Below are positions 17,980-27,915 of a stretch of 37,445 nt of DNA, piece by piece (position 1 is the first letter of the stretch; every line of letters begins with the position of its first letter). The stretch spans positions 1 to 37,445 of IMG/VR virus record IMGVR_UViG_3300023081_000042. One strand, given 5' to 3'. The DNA is from a virus. Taxonomy: Duplodnaviria; Caudoviricetes. The notes beneath the pieces are model-generated. The model was not told where the DNA came from, searched no databases, and was given only the letters and a program-made list of their open reading frames with translations. A program made the translations under genes and the position numbers.

Positions 17980-18248
17980 TAGTTGACCTCAAACTTCATG
18001 ATTTCGCCATCCTCGTACAGCATCGTCTCGCCGTCCTCAAATAGCATCCAGTACAGCGACTCAGCACTTAGGATCTTAATGTCAGCGGCATACATGGTAA
18101 TGTCCACGTTGGCCGCATACTGAGTCAGGGAAAGGTTCGCTGCATACTCGGAGATGCCCAGATCAGCAGCGTACTGACCTGCATCTACGTCACTGGCGTA
18201 CTGCATTAGCAGCACATCAGCGGCATATGTCTCCTCGCTATAAGCCAT
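17979..18248 (-). CDS. Small acidic repeat protein, putative fibre adaptor
   Basis: Six 9-aa YAA(D/N)-type repeats; MLFEDG/MLYEDG tail. Confidence 0.7.
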   Translation of the reverse strand: MAYSEETYAADVLLMQYASDVDAGQYAADLGISEYAANLSLTQYAANVDITMYAADIKILSAESLYWMLFEDGETMLYEDGEIMKFEVN

Positions 18249-18613
18249 TAGGCTGGTGCTTTTTGCAGTAGCAGAAATACAGCATCACCAGTCGCCTTAT
18301 TTGGCACAAGCTGGTTGCCATCGCTATCCACTACGTGCAATGCCCATCGCTCTGTTCGCTTATTCAGCGTAATCCCTGTTGCCGTGTCAATCTCAAAAGA
18401 AATGTCTGTATCAGCGGCTGCACCAGTCGGTGAGCCAACAGTAACATCCACGCCACCTGTCATAGACTCAAACGAGTCCTCATCATAGAGGTAGGCCGTG
18501 ATGGCATTGCCATCCGTGGATGCCTGTGTATAGGCATCATTCTTCGTCAGCGTAATACCTTGGTTGGTACGCTGGACAAGGGGGCCGATAACTGTTACTC
18601 GCTTCTGTGCCAT
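18248..18613 (-). CDS. Putative virion structural protein
   Basis: First gene after promoter-like motif; coupled to next gene. Confidence 0.65.
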   Translation of the reverse strand: MAQKRVTVIGPLVQRTNQGITLTKNDAYTQASTDGNAITAYLYDEDSFESMTGGVDVTVGSPTGAAADTDISFEIDTATGITLNKRTERWALHVVDSDGNQLVPNKATGDAVFLLLQKAPA

Positions 18614-18642
18614 GATCTTTTAAGGTACTGCACCGACTAAAC

Positions 18643-18671
18643 ACGGCGCAATAAAATGTGAAAATTTAGTT
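18643..18671 (-). promoter_or_regulatory. Conserved late-promoter-like motif, copy upstream of fibre genes
   Basis: Minus strand aactaaattttcacATTTTATTGCgccgt. Confidence 0.7.
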
Positions 18672-19126
18672 TAGGCTGTGACCCTTGTTAGCCTGTGATT
18701 ATAGCCTGTGTCTGGCCTATGAACCATAAGCACATCTCCATCCAGCCACATCTCATATACTGCGCTTCCTTGGTTTACGTAGAGGCGCATAGAGTACATT
18801 CCGCTGCCAGCGTCAATCATGCTTGACGAGAATGGGTAAGATGCCGTTGAGAATCCCTGCTCAATGTAACTGTATACGGAAATAGTCCATACGCCATGAA
18901 CCGCATAGTTGTCATCTGTGTTGCCAATGCTCAGGCGAATGCTGTCCCTGCGCCGTATGTCCTCTGGGGCTGTTGTCTGATCCCCATTGGAGTCGTATGT
19001 GCCAAATCCGCCCTCCCAGATGCCCGAGATTGCTGGCATATCAGGGCCATCCTCCGGGACATTGACAACGATGTCGCGGCAACCCAAGAGGCACAGGCAA
19101 AGTAAAGGAAGCGTGTATTTCATCAT
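18671..19126 (-). CDS. Lipoprotein (Cor-like position)
   Basis: MMKYTLPLLCLCLLGC signal peptide with lipobox; overlaps end of tail tip gene. Confidence 0.75.
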   Translation of the reverse strand: MMKYTLPLLCLCLLGCRDIVVNVPEDGPDMPAISGIWEGGFGTYDSNGDQTTAPEDIRRRDSIRLSIGNTDDNYAVHGVWTISVYSYIEQGFSTASYPFSSSMIDAGSGMYSMRLYVNQGSAVYEMWLDGDVLMVHRPDTGYNHRLTRVTA

Positions 19127-22100
19127 GGCGTTACAAATATGTCTGCCCAATCACTCCATGTCCCATATCCTGTTATTAGTCCATCAGTAACATTGACTGT
19201 CCTGTATCTCCACTGATCGGAGTCACCACCACCAAGCGACTGTATTTCTACCTGAGTAAAGTTGGTATCTGTGCCAGTCTCGTCGGTCAGGATTTTGTAT
19301 GCCGTTCCGGTTCCATCCCTATGAAATAAATCACCACCAGATGCATATAAGGTATTCCACCCTACCTCGCCAGTATCTGTTGTATTTACCAAGCGAATAA
19401 TACCTGGGTTGACCTTTAGTGAATCTGCCGTAACCGATAGGTCTGTATTTGGATTTATAACCATGACGCCGGGTCCGCCGCCACTGTATATTTCGGACCC
19501 ATCAGACCAGCTGACTTTATTCACATCTCCGCTGCCAGATGTAATTGAAATTCCATCTGCATCAAGAGTAACAGCCCCAGCGCCAGCAAGTAGTTTTCCT
19601 GTCGTATTAAGAACAACTTGATCTACGCCAACAAGCTGGCCGACTATTTCAGTATTGTCAATCAGCCAACCGCTAAAATTAATATCCTTGCTTCCAGCAT
19701 TTCCAACCTTTATATACCCGGCTCCAAGGATTGTCTGCCTTACTCTCCCATATGTAGTGCCATCATCAATGTTGTCAATATCCCCTATTGTCTCAGTGAG
19801 CTTGATCTGGCCAGCCTGAATAGATGTTGTTAGTACCCTTGAATACAGTGTGCCGTCGGCTATATTATCAAGGTCCCCTGAAATATCACCAAGGTCCCCT
19901 GAAATATCACCAAGGTCACCACTTATATTTGTGAGAGAAAAATCATCATAGTTTGTAACACCCGTTGATCCTGAGCCAACCTCAATGACTCCGCGAACAA
20001 CAACGTCATTAAATACTGCACCTCCAGACTTTGATATGACCCATCCGGTACTGCCAGCATCGGTTATCTCTCCAGTAAGCTCATTGATAGTGCCATTGAA
20101 GGCATAGTCACCCTCACTCTTAATGTGAGTATTGATGATAGATACGCCATCCAAGTCAATCCGCATTCCCGTAATGCTACCAGGAAGTATGGGGTCGCCT
20201 GTGTTTAGCGGCTCGGTTGTGGAGAAGGCAACAGTTACGGTAAAGGATGTGGCCGCAGCAGCGGCATCAGCCGCCACGATGCGCTTCATAATGTAGCCCG
20301 TTTTCTTGCTCTGGAAGAACACGGGGTCGCCCGCCTTGAGTGCATACGCCAATGACGTACACGTTACGGTGGTTCCGCTTGTGGCATCTGCATTGACGGT
20401 GGCAAGTCTGTCACTCTCACGAGCAATAAGGGTGTCAAACGAGGAGCCAATGCGGTTATAATTGAATCCGGCATCACCGGAGGAACCCCTGCCAAGTCCT
20501 CCGAGAACGTGTGCGCCTTTTGATATGCCTGTCTCAAGATCGTTGCTAAATATAGACTTGTCAGCCTGGTACCATGTGCCTGACGTTGACTCGGCAACCC
20601 AATCAATGTCTATTGACCAAAATGGGTGTAGACCGGAAGTTCTGTTTAGTACATCAAGCGGACCCAACACATCACCATACCCATCGTATGAGGAGGTGTG
20701 TGTGGCCCGCATCTTTCTCATGCTCTTGAGATATAGGGCAGACAGTGCTGATGAATGGTCAAGTCCTTCAGATCCACTATGTCCAGTCGTGCTTTCCTCC
20801 CAATCTGACGTAACCGTTCGGTCTGTGTCAGAAAACATTGATCCCTTGTTATACGCAGTAGGGCCATCGCCTATAACGACAGTGTTCGTAAATGTCCTTG
20901 GATTGCCCCTGTCTATATAGTTGATTGATGTGGTCGTCTCGTAGTTGACGGTGCCATCATCAAGCTGCGTGAACAGTTGGAAGTTGTCCCATATAACAGA
21001 ATCCCAAATCCCTGCGAGGGCATCACTATAAAAGATTGGCCCAATACTTACCGTTATGGTGCCGTCGGCAGTTGTATTGGCGACATCCTCTGCCCTCCAA
21101 ATAGCATTAAACCAATCATCAGCGGCAACAGCATTCCTATGTGCGAACCATGTCTCCGTATTCGTCCACTCAAGCTGACCAGATGTGTTGACTTTCAGAT
21201 ATTGGTTTTGACCGTTATGCTTGATTTTTAGCACAACCCAACTGTCACTTAGTTCATGTGGGTTAAATGATCCTTTCCCCGTAGTCCTTGCGTATGCTTG
21301 AAATGTTATTCCGAAGTTAAAGCCAGACTGAAGTATCCCGGTTGTCTGCTCTGACACCCTATTGGCAAGTGCAGTATCCAAGGCAGCAGACTGTGTGACA
21401 TTGGCAAACTTTGCACCCTTCTGGAACTCAGATATTGCAGATACATCAATAGCCTCATAGCCAGAGAAGAAAGAGAGGGGATCGTCAACCGCCTCGCACT
21501 TCATCCCCTGATCCTCTCCGCTATCTCCAATCGTAACAAAGAAGGGGCCATTTACCGCATCAAATGACCAAGGATATGCACCACCAAAGAACTCCTGTGC
21601 AGTTAGCCCGATACCAGCAATAGTAAAGTCAGGATACTGAAGTATCTGTATCGGGCCATGCTGATAAGAAACGGCGGCAGAATTGTATGCCTTTAGGAAT
21701 GATTTGGTGGATACGGTTCTCTTTACATTCTCATCACTGACACTGACCCTTGGATCTACAACAGCATTGCCCTGTAATACACCAGAGCTATTGTACTGCC
21801 ATCTACGGTAAGAATTGGCATGAAAGTGATCCGCCTGAATGAGGTGGTACGCGCCATCAAACTGAAAGCATACAAGGCCCCAGCCATTGCATATCGCCTC
21901 AAGCACAGCTCTCTTAGACACCAATTTCTGCTGGCCATCATTGTCATTCTGCGAGAAAGCCAGTTTGTCTACATAGGTATTCTCAAGCGGATTGTCAGTT
22001 GCGGCAAGCGTTGGGCTGGTCTTGTGGTACAGTGACGACGACACATAGAAATCAAGGCCAAATCCAGTGCCATCAAGTATGTCGGCAATTACATCCGTGA

Positions 22101-22608
22101 ATGTATCAAGACCACTTGGTGCCGCCGCGGTGCTGTCTGTTGCCGTTGAGTAGGGCAGGTTCGCAAGCCTACCAATGCCACACGTAGCCGTTACCGAAAG
22201 GGGAATTGGACCTTCTTCTTGATATTCAATTCCTTCTGGGTCAATCTTTCCAACCCAACGAAGCGTATTTCCGTCGCGTATAACTATTGCATACTTGTCA
22301 GATACTGTCTGTATATCGTTAAGCAGATCCGTGGCTATGCTATCTGATGCAAAATCATCGTACACAGAAAGCGTTGCCTCTGAGGGGGCAAGTGCAGCAA
22401 ACTCATTCTCGCCCTCCCTGGCATAAGAGGTGGATACATTGGCTCTTCCGACACCCGTCATGGGATTTGGCAAACTGCTTGGGCCATCTGTCCTGAAGTC
22501 ATAACCATCCTCGTGGATCTCAACAATCCTTGAGGTACCTTGATCTCCAGTAAACTCAGCACGGTATTTAGCCGTGTACCACTGCCCAGATGTCAGGTTA
22601 AATGCCAT
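19123..22608 (-). CDS. Large tail tip / central fibre protein (1161 aa)
   Basis: Directly after tape measure; beta-rich; GWVISKSGGAVFNDVVVRG resembles gpJ C-terminal motif. Confidence 0.75.
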   Translation of the reverse strand: MAFNLTSGQWYTAKYRAEFTGDQGTSRIVEIHEDGYDFRTDGPSSLPNPMTGVGRANVSTSYAREGENEFAALAPSEATLSVYDDFASDSIATDLLNDIQTVSDKYAIVIRDGNTLRWVGKIDPEGIEYQEEGPIPLSVTATCGIGRLANLPYSTATDSTAAAPSGLDTFTDVIADILDGTGFGLDFYVSSSLYHKTSPTLAATDNPLENTYVDKLAFSQNDNDGQQKLVSKRAVLEAICNGWGLVCFQFDGAYHLIQADHFHANSYRRWQYNSSGVLQGNAVVDPRVSVSDENVKRTVSTKSFLKAYNSAAVSYQHGPIQILQYPDFTIAGIGLTAQEFFGGAYPWSFDAVNGPFFVTIGDSGEDQGMKCEAVDDPLSFFSGYEAIDVSAISEFQKGAKFANVTQSAALDTALANRVSEQTTGILQSGFNFGITFQAYARTTGKGSFNPHELSDSWVVLKIKHNGQNQYLKVNTSGQLEWTNTETWFAHRNAVAADDWFNAIWRAEDVANTTADGTITVSIGPIFYSDALAGIWDSVIWDNFQLFTQLDDGTVNYETTTSINYIDRGNPRTFTNTVVIGDGPTAYNKGSMFSDTDRTVTSDWEESTTGHSGSEGLDHSSALSALYLKSMRKMRATHTSSYDGYGDVLGPLDVLNRTSGLHPFWSIDIDWVAESTSGTWYQADKSIFSNDLETGISKGAHVLGGLGRGSSGDAGFNYNRIGSSFDTLIARESDRLATVNADATSGTTVTCTSLAYALKAGDPVFFQSKKTGYIMKRIVAADAAAAATSFTVTVAFSTTEPLNTGDPILPGSITGMRIDLDGVSIINTHIKSEGDYAFNGTINELTGEITDAGSTGWVISKSGGAVFNDVVVRGVIEVGSGSTGVTNYDDFSLTNISGDLGDISGDLGDISGDLDNIADGTLYSRVLTTSIQAGQIKLTETIGDIDNIDDGTTYGRVRQTILGAGYIKVGNAGSKDINFSGWLIDNTEIVGQLVGVDQVVLNTTGKLLAGAGAVTLDADGISITSGSGDVNKVSWSDGSEIYSGGGPGVMVINPNTDLSVTADSLKVNPGIIRLVNTTDTGEVGWNTLYASGGDLFHRDGTGTAYKILTDETGTDTNFTQVEIQSLGGGDSDQWRYRTVNVTDGLITGYGTWSDWADIFVTP
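19869..19917. repeat. Exact 21-bp tandem duplication (ISGDLGD repeat)
   Basis: caaggtcccctgaaatatcac twice, plus a partial third unit. Confidence 0.9.
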
Positions 22609-24773
22609 TACTTGATCCCACCAAATACGTTTCTTGTAGAACTGCTTGAGGCCAATGCGCCAGAGAATACACCCGTTGAGTACCCTATTCTCCTTGAAGA
22701 TGCTTGCATCTCATTCTCAATAACACCAACAAGATTGCGGCCCTGCACAACAAGAGATATGTTGGTACTGGGTGCGCCCCCGGCTGATAGCGAGGCTACA
22801 TTTGATGCGGGGAAATCAGATATATTGCCGAAGCTCGTGAAGAATGATGGTGCAGATGATATGCCCCTGGAGGCAGAGCTTGACGTTGATGTACTTGCCG
22901 CTGATGTATTTTTTTTCACAATATCAGATGCCTTGTTCTTGAGTGCTGTTCCAACAGCAACAAGTGCTGTACCCGCAGCAATAGCAAGAATAGGATTTTT
23001 GATAAAGCTCTGTATTGCCTCTCCAGCTACACCAAAGGCAATAAGCGCACGGCCCATCTCTATTGCCATAGTCCCAAGGCTACCAAGCAATGCCCCAGCT
23101 GCTGAGTCTATTAGTCTGACACCATTGCCAAGGTTTGTAGCAAACTCAACAAAAACATCACTCTTGAATGTCTCAAATGCATCCGTTAGTGCAAGACCCA
23201 GGTCATATAGCTTTTTGCCGCTAAGATCCTCTATTTCAAGACCAACGTTGTGCAGCTGAATACGAAGTGCCGCAAGAGTTTCCGGGCTTCCGATTATACC
23301 GTATAAAAGACCACCCTCTTCTCCAAGTCCACCCCTTTGCATAGCAGCAACGGCACCCTGCATCATTTGCAGTTCTTTCCGAAGTGCAACAATTCCAGCT
23401 ACCTGCTCTATCGCTCCCTCTTCTGTAAAAACAAATGGCTTTTCTCCGGTCAATCCATCTGTGGCGGAAAACAGGGTTTCATATGTGAATACAAGCTCAC
23501 TAAGTGCCGCATTCTGCCTCTGAAGCGATTGTGCCAAGAACCTGTTTTCTGCTGTCTCGCCAACAGTAAGACTAAGTAAGTCTGACCTTACATCAATTAA
23601 CCTCTCAACAGTATCAGAGCTGACGTCATATTCGGCAGAAACTCCTTGGGAAACTCTTCTTGCTTGATCAAGGAGCTTTATTTGCTCATTGACAAGATCA
23701 AGGCGACCAAGCTGTCGCCATGTATTTAATAGTTTGTAGAGTTGGTATTCCTGCTCGTCAATTTGCTTGTTCAACTCTTTTGAATCAAATGCAAGCCTTT
23801 GCGCTCTTAGTACTGCTTTCCCATAAATAGCATTGAGAAGCGTCCACACATCCTCTACTGCTTTAGCCTTCTCTGCTTGGTCCTCAAGGTCATCAACAAG
23901 TTCCTCAAGTGCTGGGTTTGAATCTTTAATAGTTGCAAGCCAAGAACCAAAGATTAGCTTATTTTCTCTTAGCCCAAGCCCCGCCTCTGCAAGTTGCGAA
24001 TGAAGTCCCCTTACATCTCTTCCTATGAGCGCAAAGATTGTGTGGTAGTCTTGCCTCCTAAATGCACTAAGAACCTCGCTAAATTGAATTAATGCCTCAG
24101 ATGATTCAAACCCAAGTTTTACAAATGGATTGAAAACGGCAGAGGCATTTTTTACCTCTTCTGCCGCAGCATTGGCTGACTTTGCAGCCATACCAAACAT
24201 ATTTCCAAAGAACTCTATTGCAGCAGTTGCAGCAGAAATTAATAACAGCACTCCCCCAGGGCCCTTTAGCGCACCTATAAGTGCTGTCCGCAGGGATTTA
24301 CCACTTTTCCTTGCCGCGTCTGCTGCAAACAGAAGCGACTGAGACATCACTTGGATGTTGTTGTTAATTGCACGGAAACCCTGAGCTGCACCAAGACTAA
24401 ATTGTGCGGAGTCTTGAATTGTCTGAGACAGCGATAGAACTGCAAAGTTTGCCCCGGTAGCAACTTTTTTGCTATCCTGAAGAGAATTGTTGCTGTCTTT
24501 TGTGGCTTTGTTTACCCTGCCTGTCTGCGATGCAGTTTCTTGGGCCGCACTCTCTACCTCCCTAAGTGCCGACGCATATTCTTTAGCGGCATCTGATGCA
24601 ACGGGAAGCAGGATTCCAGACTGTGTTACAACATGATTTACGCCCCCCACATCTTTTGTAGAGAGCTTTGCCTCATTTGACAGCTTATCTAAGGCAGTTT
24701 GTAACCCCTTAATGCTTCTTACTGCTTGAGAGGCATCAGTTGTGATCTTAATGGTTACATCCTGCTGGGCCAT
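22608..24773 (-). CDS. Tail tape measure protein
   Basis: 721 aa, helical and Ala/Leu-rich; follows chaperone; IQDSAQF..AINNNI motif. Confidence 0.85.
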   Translation of the reverse strand: MAQQDVTIKITTDASQAVRSIKGLQTALDKLSNEAKLSTKDVGGVNHVVTQSGILLPVASDAAKEYASALREVESAAQETASQTGRVNKATKDSNNSLQDSKKVATGANFAVLSLSQTIQDSAQFSLGAAQGFRAINNNIQVMSQSLLFAADAARKSGKSLRTALIGALKGPGGVLLLISAATAAIEFFGNMFGMAAKSANAAAEEVKNASAVFNPFVKLGFESSEALIQFSEVLSAFRRQDYHTIFALIGRDVRGLHSQLAEAGLGLRENKLIFGSWLATIKDSNPALEELVDDLEDQAEKAKAVEDVWTLLNAIYGKAVLRAQRLAFDSKELNKQIDEQEYQLYKLLNTWRQLGRLDLVNEQIKLLDQARRVSQGVSAEYDVSSDTVERLIDVRSDLLSLTVGETAENRFLAQSLQRQNAALSELVFTYETLFSATDGLTGEKPFVFTEEGAIEQVAGIVALRKELQMMQGAVAAMQRGGLGEEGGLLYGIIGSPETLAALRIQLHNVGLEIEDLSGKKLYDLGLALTDAFETFKSDVFVEFATNLGNGVRLIDSAAGALLGSLGTMAIEMGRALIAFGVAGEAIQSFIKNPILAIAAGTALVAVGTALKNKASDIVKKNTSAASTSTSSSASRGISSAPSFFTSFGNISDFPASNVASLSAGGAPSTNISLVVQGRNLVGVIENEMQASSRRIGYSTGVFSGALASSSSTRNVFGGIK

Positions 24774-25305
24774 TACTTTTCCTTGATTTTATAGCCGACG
24801 CCCTCAGTCTTTCGGCGATTGTTCTGCCAAGCCACGGCGATTTCCGTGTACGTGCAATGCTCCTTGATGGCCTTTGACCTTACAGGGTCATCCGTGGCCA
24901 GTTCAAGGCATATAATGGTCCATGCGTCAGTCTCGCGCATGAACTTGCGGGCCCAGCCCGCCTCTACGACTCGGCTTTTAGGGTCACTGAAGCCTCGGAT
25001 AAGGCTGAGTCTCCCGTCAGCCTCTTGACGATCCTCAGTACTAACGTAAAAAAATCCTGTACCACCTTTGTCGGCATACCCGTAATTACGTTATCCTCAG
25101 AAAAGTCAGGTAGTCCAGCCAATACTTCGCGGCAGACCTTGAGGTCGGTCATGCCCTCTTCTTCGGCCATCTTTATGACTCGTTCCTGAAGCTCAGCAGT
25201 AGGGGGTTTGAGGCGGCCCCATTTCCCAGGGGCCACCTCATATTCATTCCCTACTGCTACTTCATATTCCCCATTAATGACTGTATTGATGTCAATCTTA
25301 GCCAT
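24773..25305 (-). CDS. Tail assembly chaperone, -1 frameshift product (gpGT-like)
   Basis: Slippery T TTT TTT at 25054-25048; -1 frame open to TAA overlapping tape measure ATG. Confidence 0.8.
24964..25305 (-). CDS. Tail assembly chaperone (gpG-like)
   Basis: Between tail tube and tape measure; QDFF slippery site. Confidence 0.8.
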   Translation of the reverse strand: MAKIDINTVINGEYEVAVGNEYEVAPGKWGRLKPPTAELQERVIKMAEEEGMTDLKVCREVLAGLPDFSEDNVITGMPTKVVQDFFTLVLRIVKRLTGDSALSEASVTLKAES

Positions 25306-25328
25306 GATCCCTCTTTAGTTGTTTGTTA

Positions 25329-26204
25329 TTAGCTTGTCAAGCTGGTTACGTCTGCCTCGTTGTATCCAGCTGCTACAAATTCAACAGCAAATCCATGCAG
25401 GTAATCTTCCGGGATGCTTAGTGCATCTGCGGTACCGTCAATCTGCTCGTCACTTGAGCTACTTGATGCTCCATTGGTAAATGTAATCAAGTCGCCCCAG
25501 TTGCTTGCAACGCCACGCAGAACAATTCGGATTGCTCGTGGCATGGAAGCATCTTCGTCTGCAAAGTTTTTGTAGACGCGGCCTGTAAATACCTGGAAAC
25601 CGGAGCTTGGAAGTGCAAAAGCGACGCGCTTTGTTTCACCTTCTGTAAACGTGCTGTAATAGTCCGCAGGAAGCATGAACTCAAGCTCAAACGCACAACT
25701 TGAAAAGTACGGGCGACCGTTGCCGTCAACGCCATCAAATGGAAATGAGAACGATAGGGTCGGAACGTCAAGCGTTACGCCAACATCAGTCCATGTTCCA
25801 CTTGCACCATCATTAAGAACATCGTCGTTGGATGCACTGCCAGCCGCAACGTATACCCTCTCAACGTCGCTTACGCTGTGAAGGACTGGCGTTACCCGGA
25901 TGCGACCTTCATTAAGGATCTGGGTGTCTGCACTAATGTATGTTACGGTTGCGGTAGTGTCTGCCTTGGCGACCATAATGGCATTAAGCTCATCAAATTG
26001 GTCAACCTTAAAGGCATTAAATGTCAGCGTCTTGGTCAGCGATCCACGATCTACTGAATGACCGATAGCTGCATCAAAGCTATCCTTTTCTGTTGCAAGG
26101 CTGTATCCATCAATCATTTCTGCCGGAATAGTAGCCGTGCTGGTACCATCCGTAAGTGCGATCTGAGTGATTTCGCCCGCTCCTACTTGAAACGTACTCG
26201 CCAT
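25329..26204 (-). CDS. Putative major tail tube protein
   Basis: Position upstream of chaperone and tape measure; acidic, beta-rich. Confidence 0.7.
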   Translation of the reverse strand: MASTFQVGAGEITQIALTDGTSTATIPAEMIDGYSLATEKDSFDAAIGHSVDRGSLTKTLTFNAFKVDQFDELNAIMVAKADTTATVTYISADTQILNEGRIRVTPVLHSVSDVERVYVAAGSASNDDVLNDGASGTWTDVGVTLDVPTLSFSFPFDGVDGNGRPYFSSCAFELEFMLPADYYSTFTEGETKRVAFALPSSGFQVFTGRVYKNFADEDASMPRAIRIVLRGVASNWGDLITFTNGASSSSSDEQIDGTADALSIPEDYLHGFAVEFVAAGYNEADVTSLTS

Positions 26205-26207
26205 CGT

Positions 26208-26426
26208 TTAGTCCTCTTTTTCAGGTTTAGGTTCTTCTATCGGCTCCGCCTTGGCTTTTGCTTTTGGCGTAGGGGCGGGCTTGAAGTGTTTATCGTAAGT
26301 TGTTTTGCTGATCCGTCTGCCGAATTTGTCTACCGGGATGTCAAGGGATTTGTCAACCGTGTACTCGGTGCCAGCCTTAAGGCGGACTCCCTCAACGATC
26401 ATAAAGTGCGGAATTTTGACCTTCAT
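26208..26426 (-). CDS. Hypothetical protein (start MKVKIPH)
   Basis: TAATG coupling; Pro/Lys/Glu-rich tail. Confidence 0.65.
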   Translation of the reverse strand: MKVKIPHFMIVEGVRLKAGTEYTVDKSLDIPVDKFGRRISKTTYDKHFKPAPTPKAKAKAEPIEEPKPEKED

Positions 26427-26902
26427 TAGCCTGCCCTCCGGGGCTTGATATTCCATGTAACTAAGAACGCCATAGCGTTCGGGTCGTTGGTCGGCCTTGC
26501 ACGGCGTGACACAAAGTTGTGTGCCGCTACGCGATCCAACACATCCTGATGCTTGTTGTCCTGATCAAACAGATCAAATGTTAAAGCGTCAGCAATTTCA
26601 ATAAGTCGGCTGGACATTCCCTTGTAGTCGCCTCTACGTCCCCGTGTAACAACGTGGATATTGACGATCTCTTCCATGTACAGCGGAATGCCAGAGCCTG
26701 TTACAACGCCAGGGGTACCTTCTGAGAGGCTAATTACCACAATGCTGTGAACACCTGTGCCAGCACTCTGACCGAAATGCGAGTCAATGGCCTGATCAAG
26801 GGTACCATGAAACTGCACAACAGAGTCCACCGCGTCACCAAGCGTCTTTTCTACTTGGCCGTGGATGGCATCTAATACTTCCTGTGTGCTGTGGTAGGCC
26901 AT
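26426..26902 (-). CDS. Putative tail terminator / completion protein
   Basis: Synteny and size. Confidence 0.55.
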   Translation of the reverse strand: MAYHSTQEVLDAIHGQVEKTLGDAVDSVVQFHGTLDQAIDSHFGQSAGTGVHSIVVISLSEGTPGVVTGSGIPLYMEEIVNIHVVTRGRRGDYKGMSSRLIEIADALTFDLFDQDNKHQDVLDRVAAHNFVSRRARPTNDPNAMAFLVTWNIKPRRAG

Positions 26903-27372
26903 TATATTTTGTATACAATCTCGTCGTTGGTACTCAGGGGGCGATACATAGCGTCGTCAAACACGCGCAGCAGTTGCTTCTGCTCTTCTGGCGTAACCCC
27001 CATAAAAGGACGGGCTGGCACACCAATGCCATATTGGTGATTCTGTGCAATCTGAATGTTTTCTACACCAACAGGTCCAACCTTTATTTCTACCCTGCCC
27101 CTTTCATCAAGTACGGCCTCCTGATTTGTAACCCTAATGCTGTCAAGCATCCTTTTGGTATCAGTCAGCGTAACGGGCGCAACAGCACCACCCTTCTTTC
27201 TCGCCGCATAAGCAGAGCTGTACGGCTTAAATCTATTGCCATACATAGTAACGCCTTGGTTCCTCGTCCTATTGCGAACGTGGTTGGCAATCTCGTTGCC
27301 ATACCTTATTGCTGCGGGAACGGTGTGCTTGATGATCTTTTGCAGCTCACCAAACAGGTTCGGTGCGACCAT
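26902..27372 (-). CDS. Virion morphogenesis (neck/tail completion) protein
   Basis: LTDTKRMLDSI..HQYG..VPARPFMGV motif. Confidence 0.75.
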   Translation of the reverse strand: MVAPNLFGELQKIIKHTVPAAIRYGNEIANHVRNRTRNQGVTMYGNRFKPYSSAYAARKKGGAVAPVTLTDTKRMLDSIRVTNQEAVLDERGRVEIKVGPVGVENIQIAQNHQYGIGVPARPFMGVTPEEQKQLLRVFDDAMYRPLSTNDEIVYKI

Positions 27373-27851
27373 TAGCCCACCCAGTTGCGCGGACCCTCAA
27401 AGGCAGCCAAGTCCTCGTCGGTAGTGCCGTCCAGTTGGTCAAAGAAGTCGGGGTCACGCATCAAGACGCGCATCAGGGCCGTGAACGTCTCATTAAAGCG
27501 AAACTCCATCATCTCAGCACGAGTGAGGAACAGGCTGTTGCCGCCCATCGCCTCTGTCTCGTAGAATGCCTGTACATACTTGTACCCGATCATGCGCTGG
27601 ATCAGGTTGTCAATGTACGTCTTGTTGATGTCTATCGCCGCATCCATGATCTCCTGCGGGCCGTCAGCGCGTTCCGCGAAAAGAGCGTCGTTCGCAACGA
27701 TACGCATCTCAATGTACTGCTTGGCCTCATTCAGCCTGTTTGTCTCATTGATGTCGGTGTCAAAAATGCCAAAGTTCCCGTCAATCATGTCAACGGGAGC
27801 AATGCCTTTTAGCGTAGCATCAGCAAGAGTAAGGTCGGCCCAAGAACCCAT
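27372..27851 (-). CDS. Putative head-tail adaptor
   Basis: First gene after capsid; helical, 159 aa. Confidence 0.55.
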   Translation of the reverse strand: MGSWADLTLADATLKGIAPVDMIDGNFGIFDTDINETNRLNEAKQYIEMRIVANDALFAERADGPQEIMDAAIDINKTYIDNLIQRMIGYKYVQAFYETEAMGGNSLFLTRAEMMEFRFNETFTALMRVLMRDPDFFDQLDGTTDEDLAAFEGPRNWVG

Positions 27852-27873
27852 GTCAGTACGGTTTTAAGGATCA

Positions 27874-27903
27874 GGTGCGGGAGGCCCGAAGGCCCCCCGC
27901 TCC
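27874..27903 (-). terminator. GC-rich hairpin with C(UUCG)G loop after capsid gene
   Basis: GGAGCGGGGGGCC-TTCG-GGCCTCCCGCACC; no poly-U, so a partial terminator or mRNA stabiliser. Confidence 0.65.
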
Positions 27904-27915
27904 GTCACCATTGGA

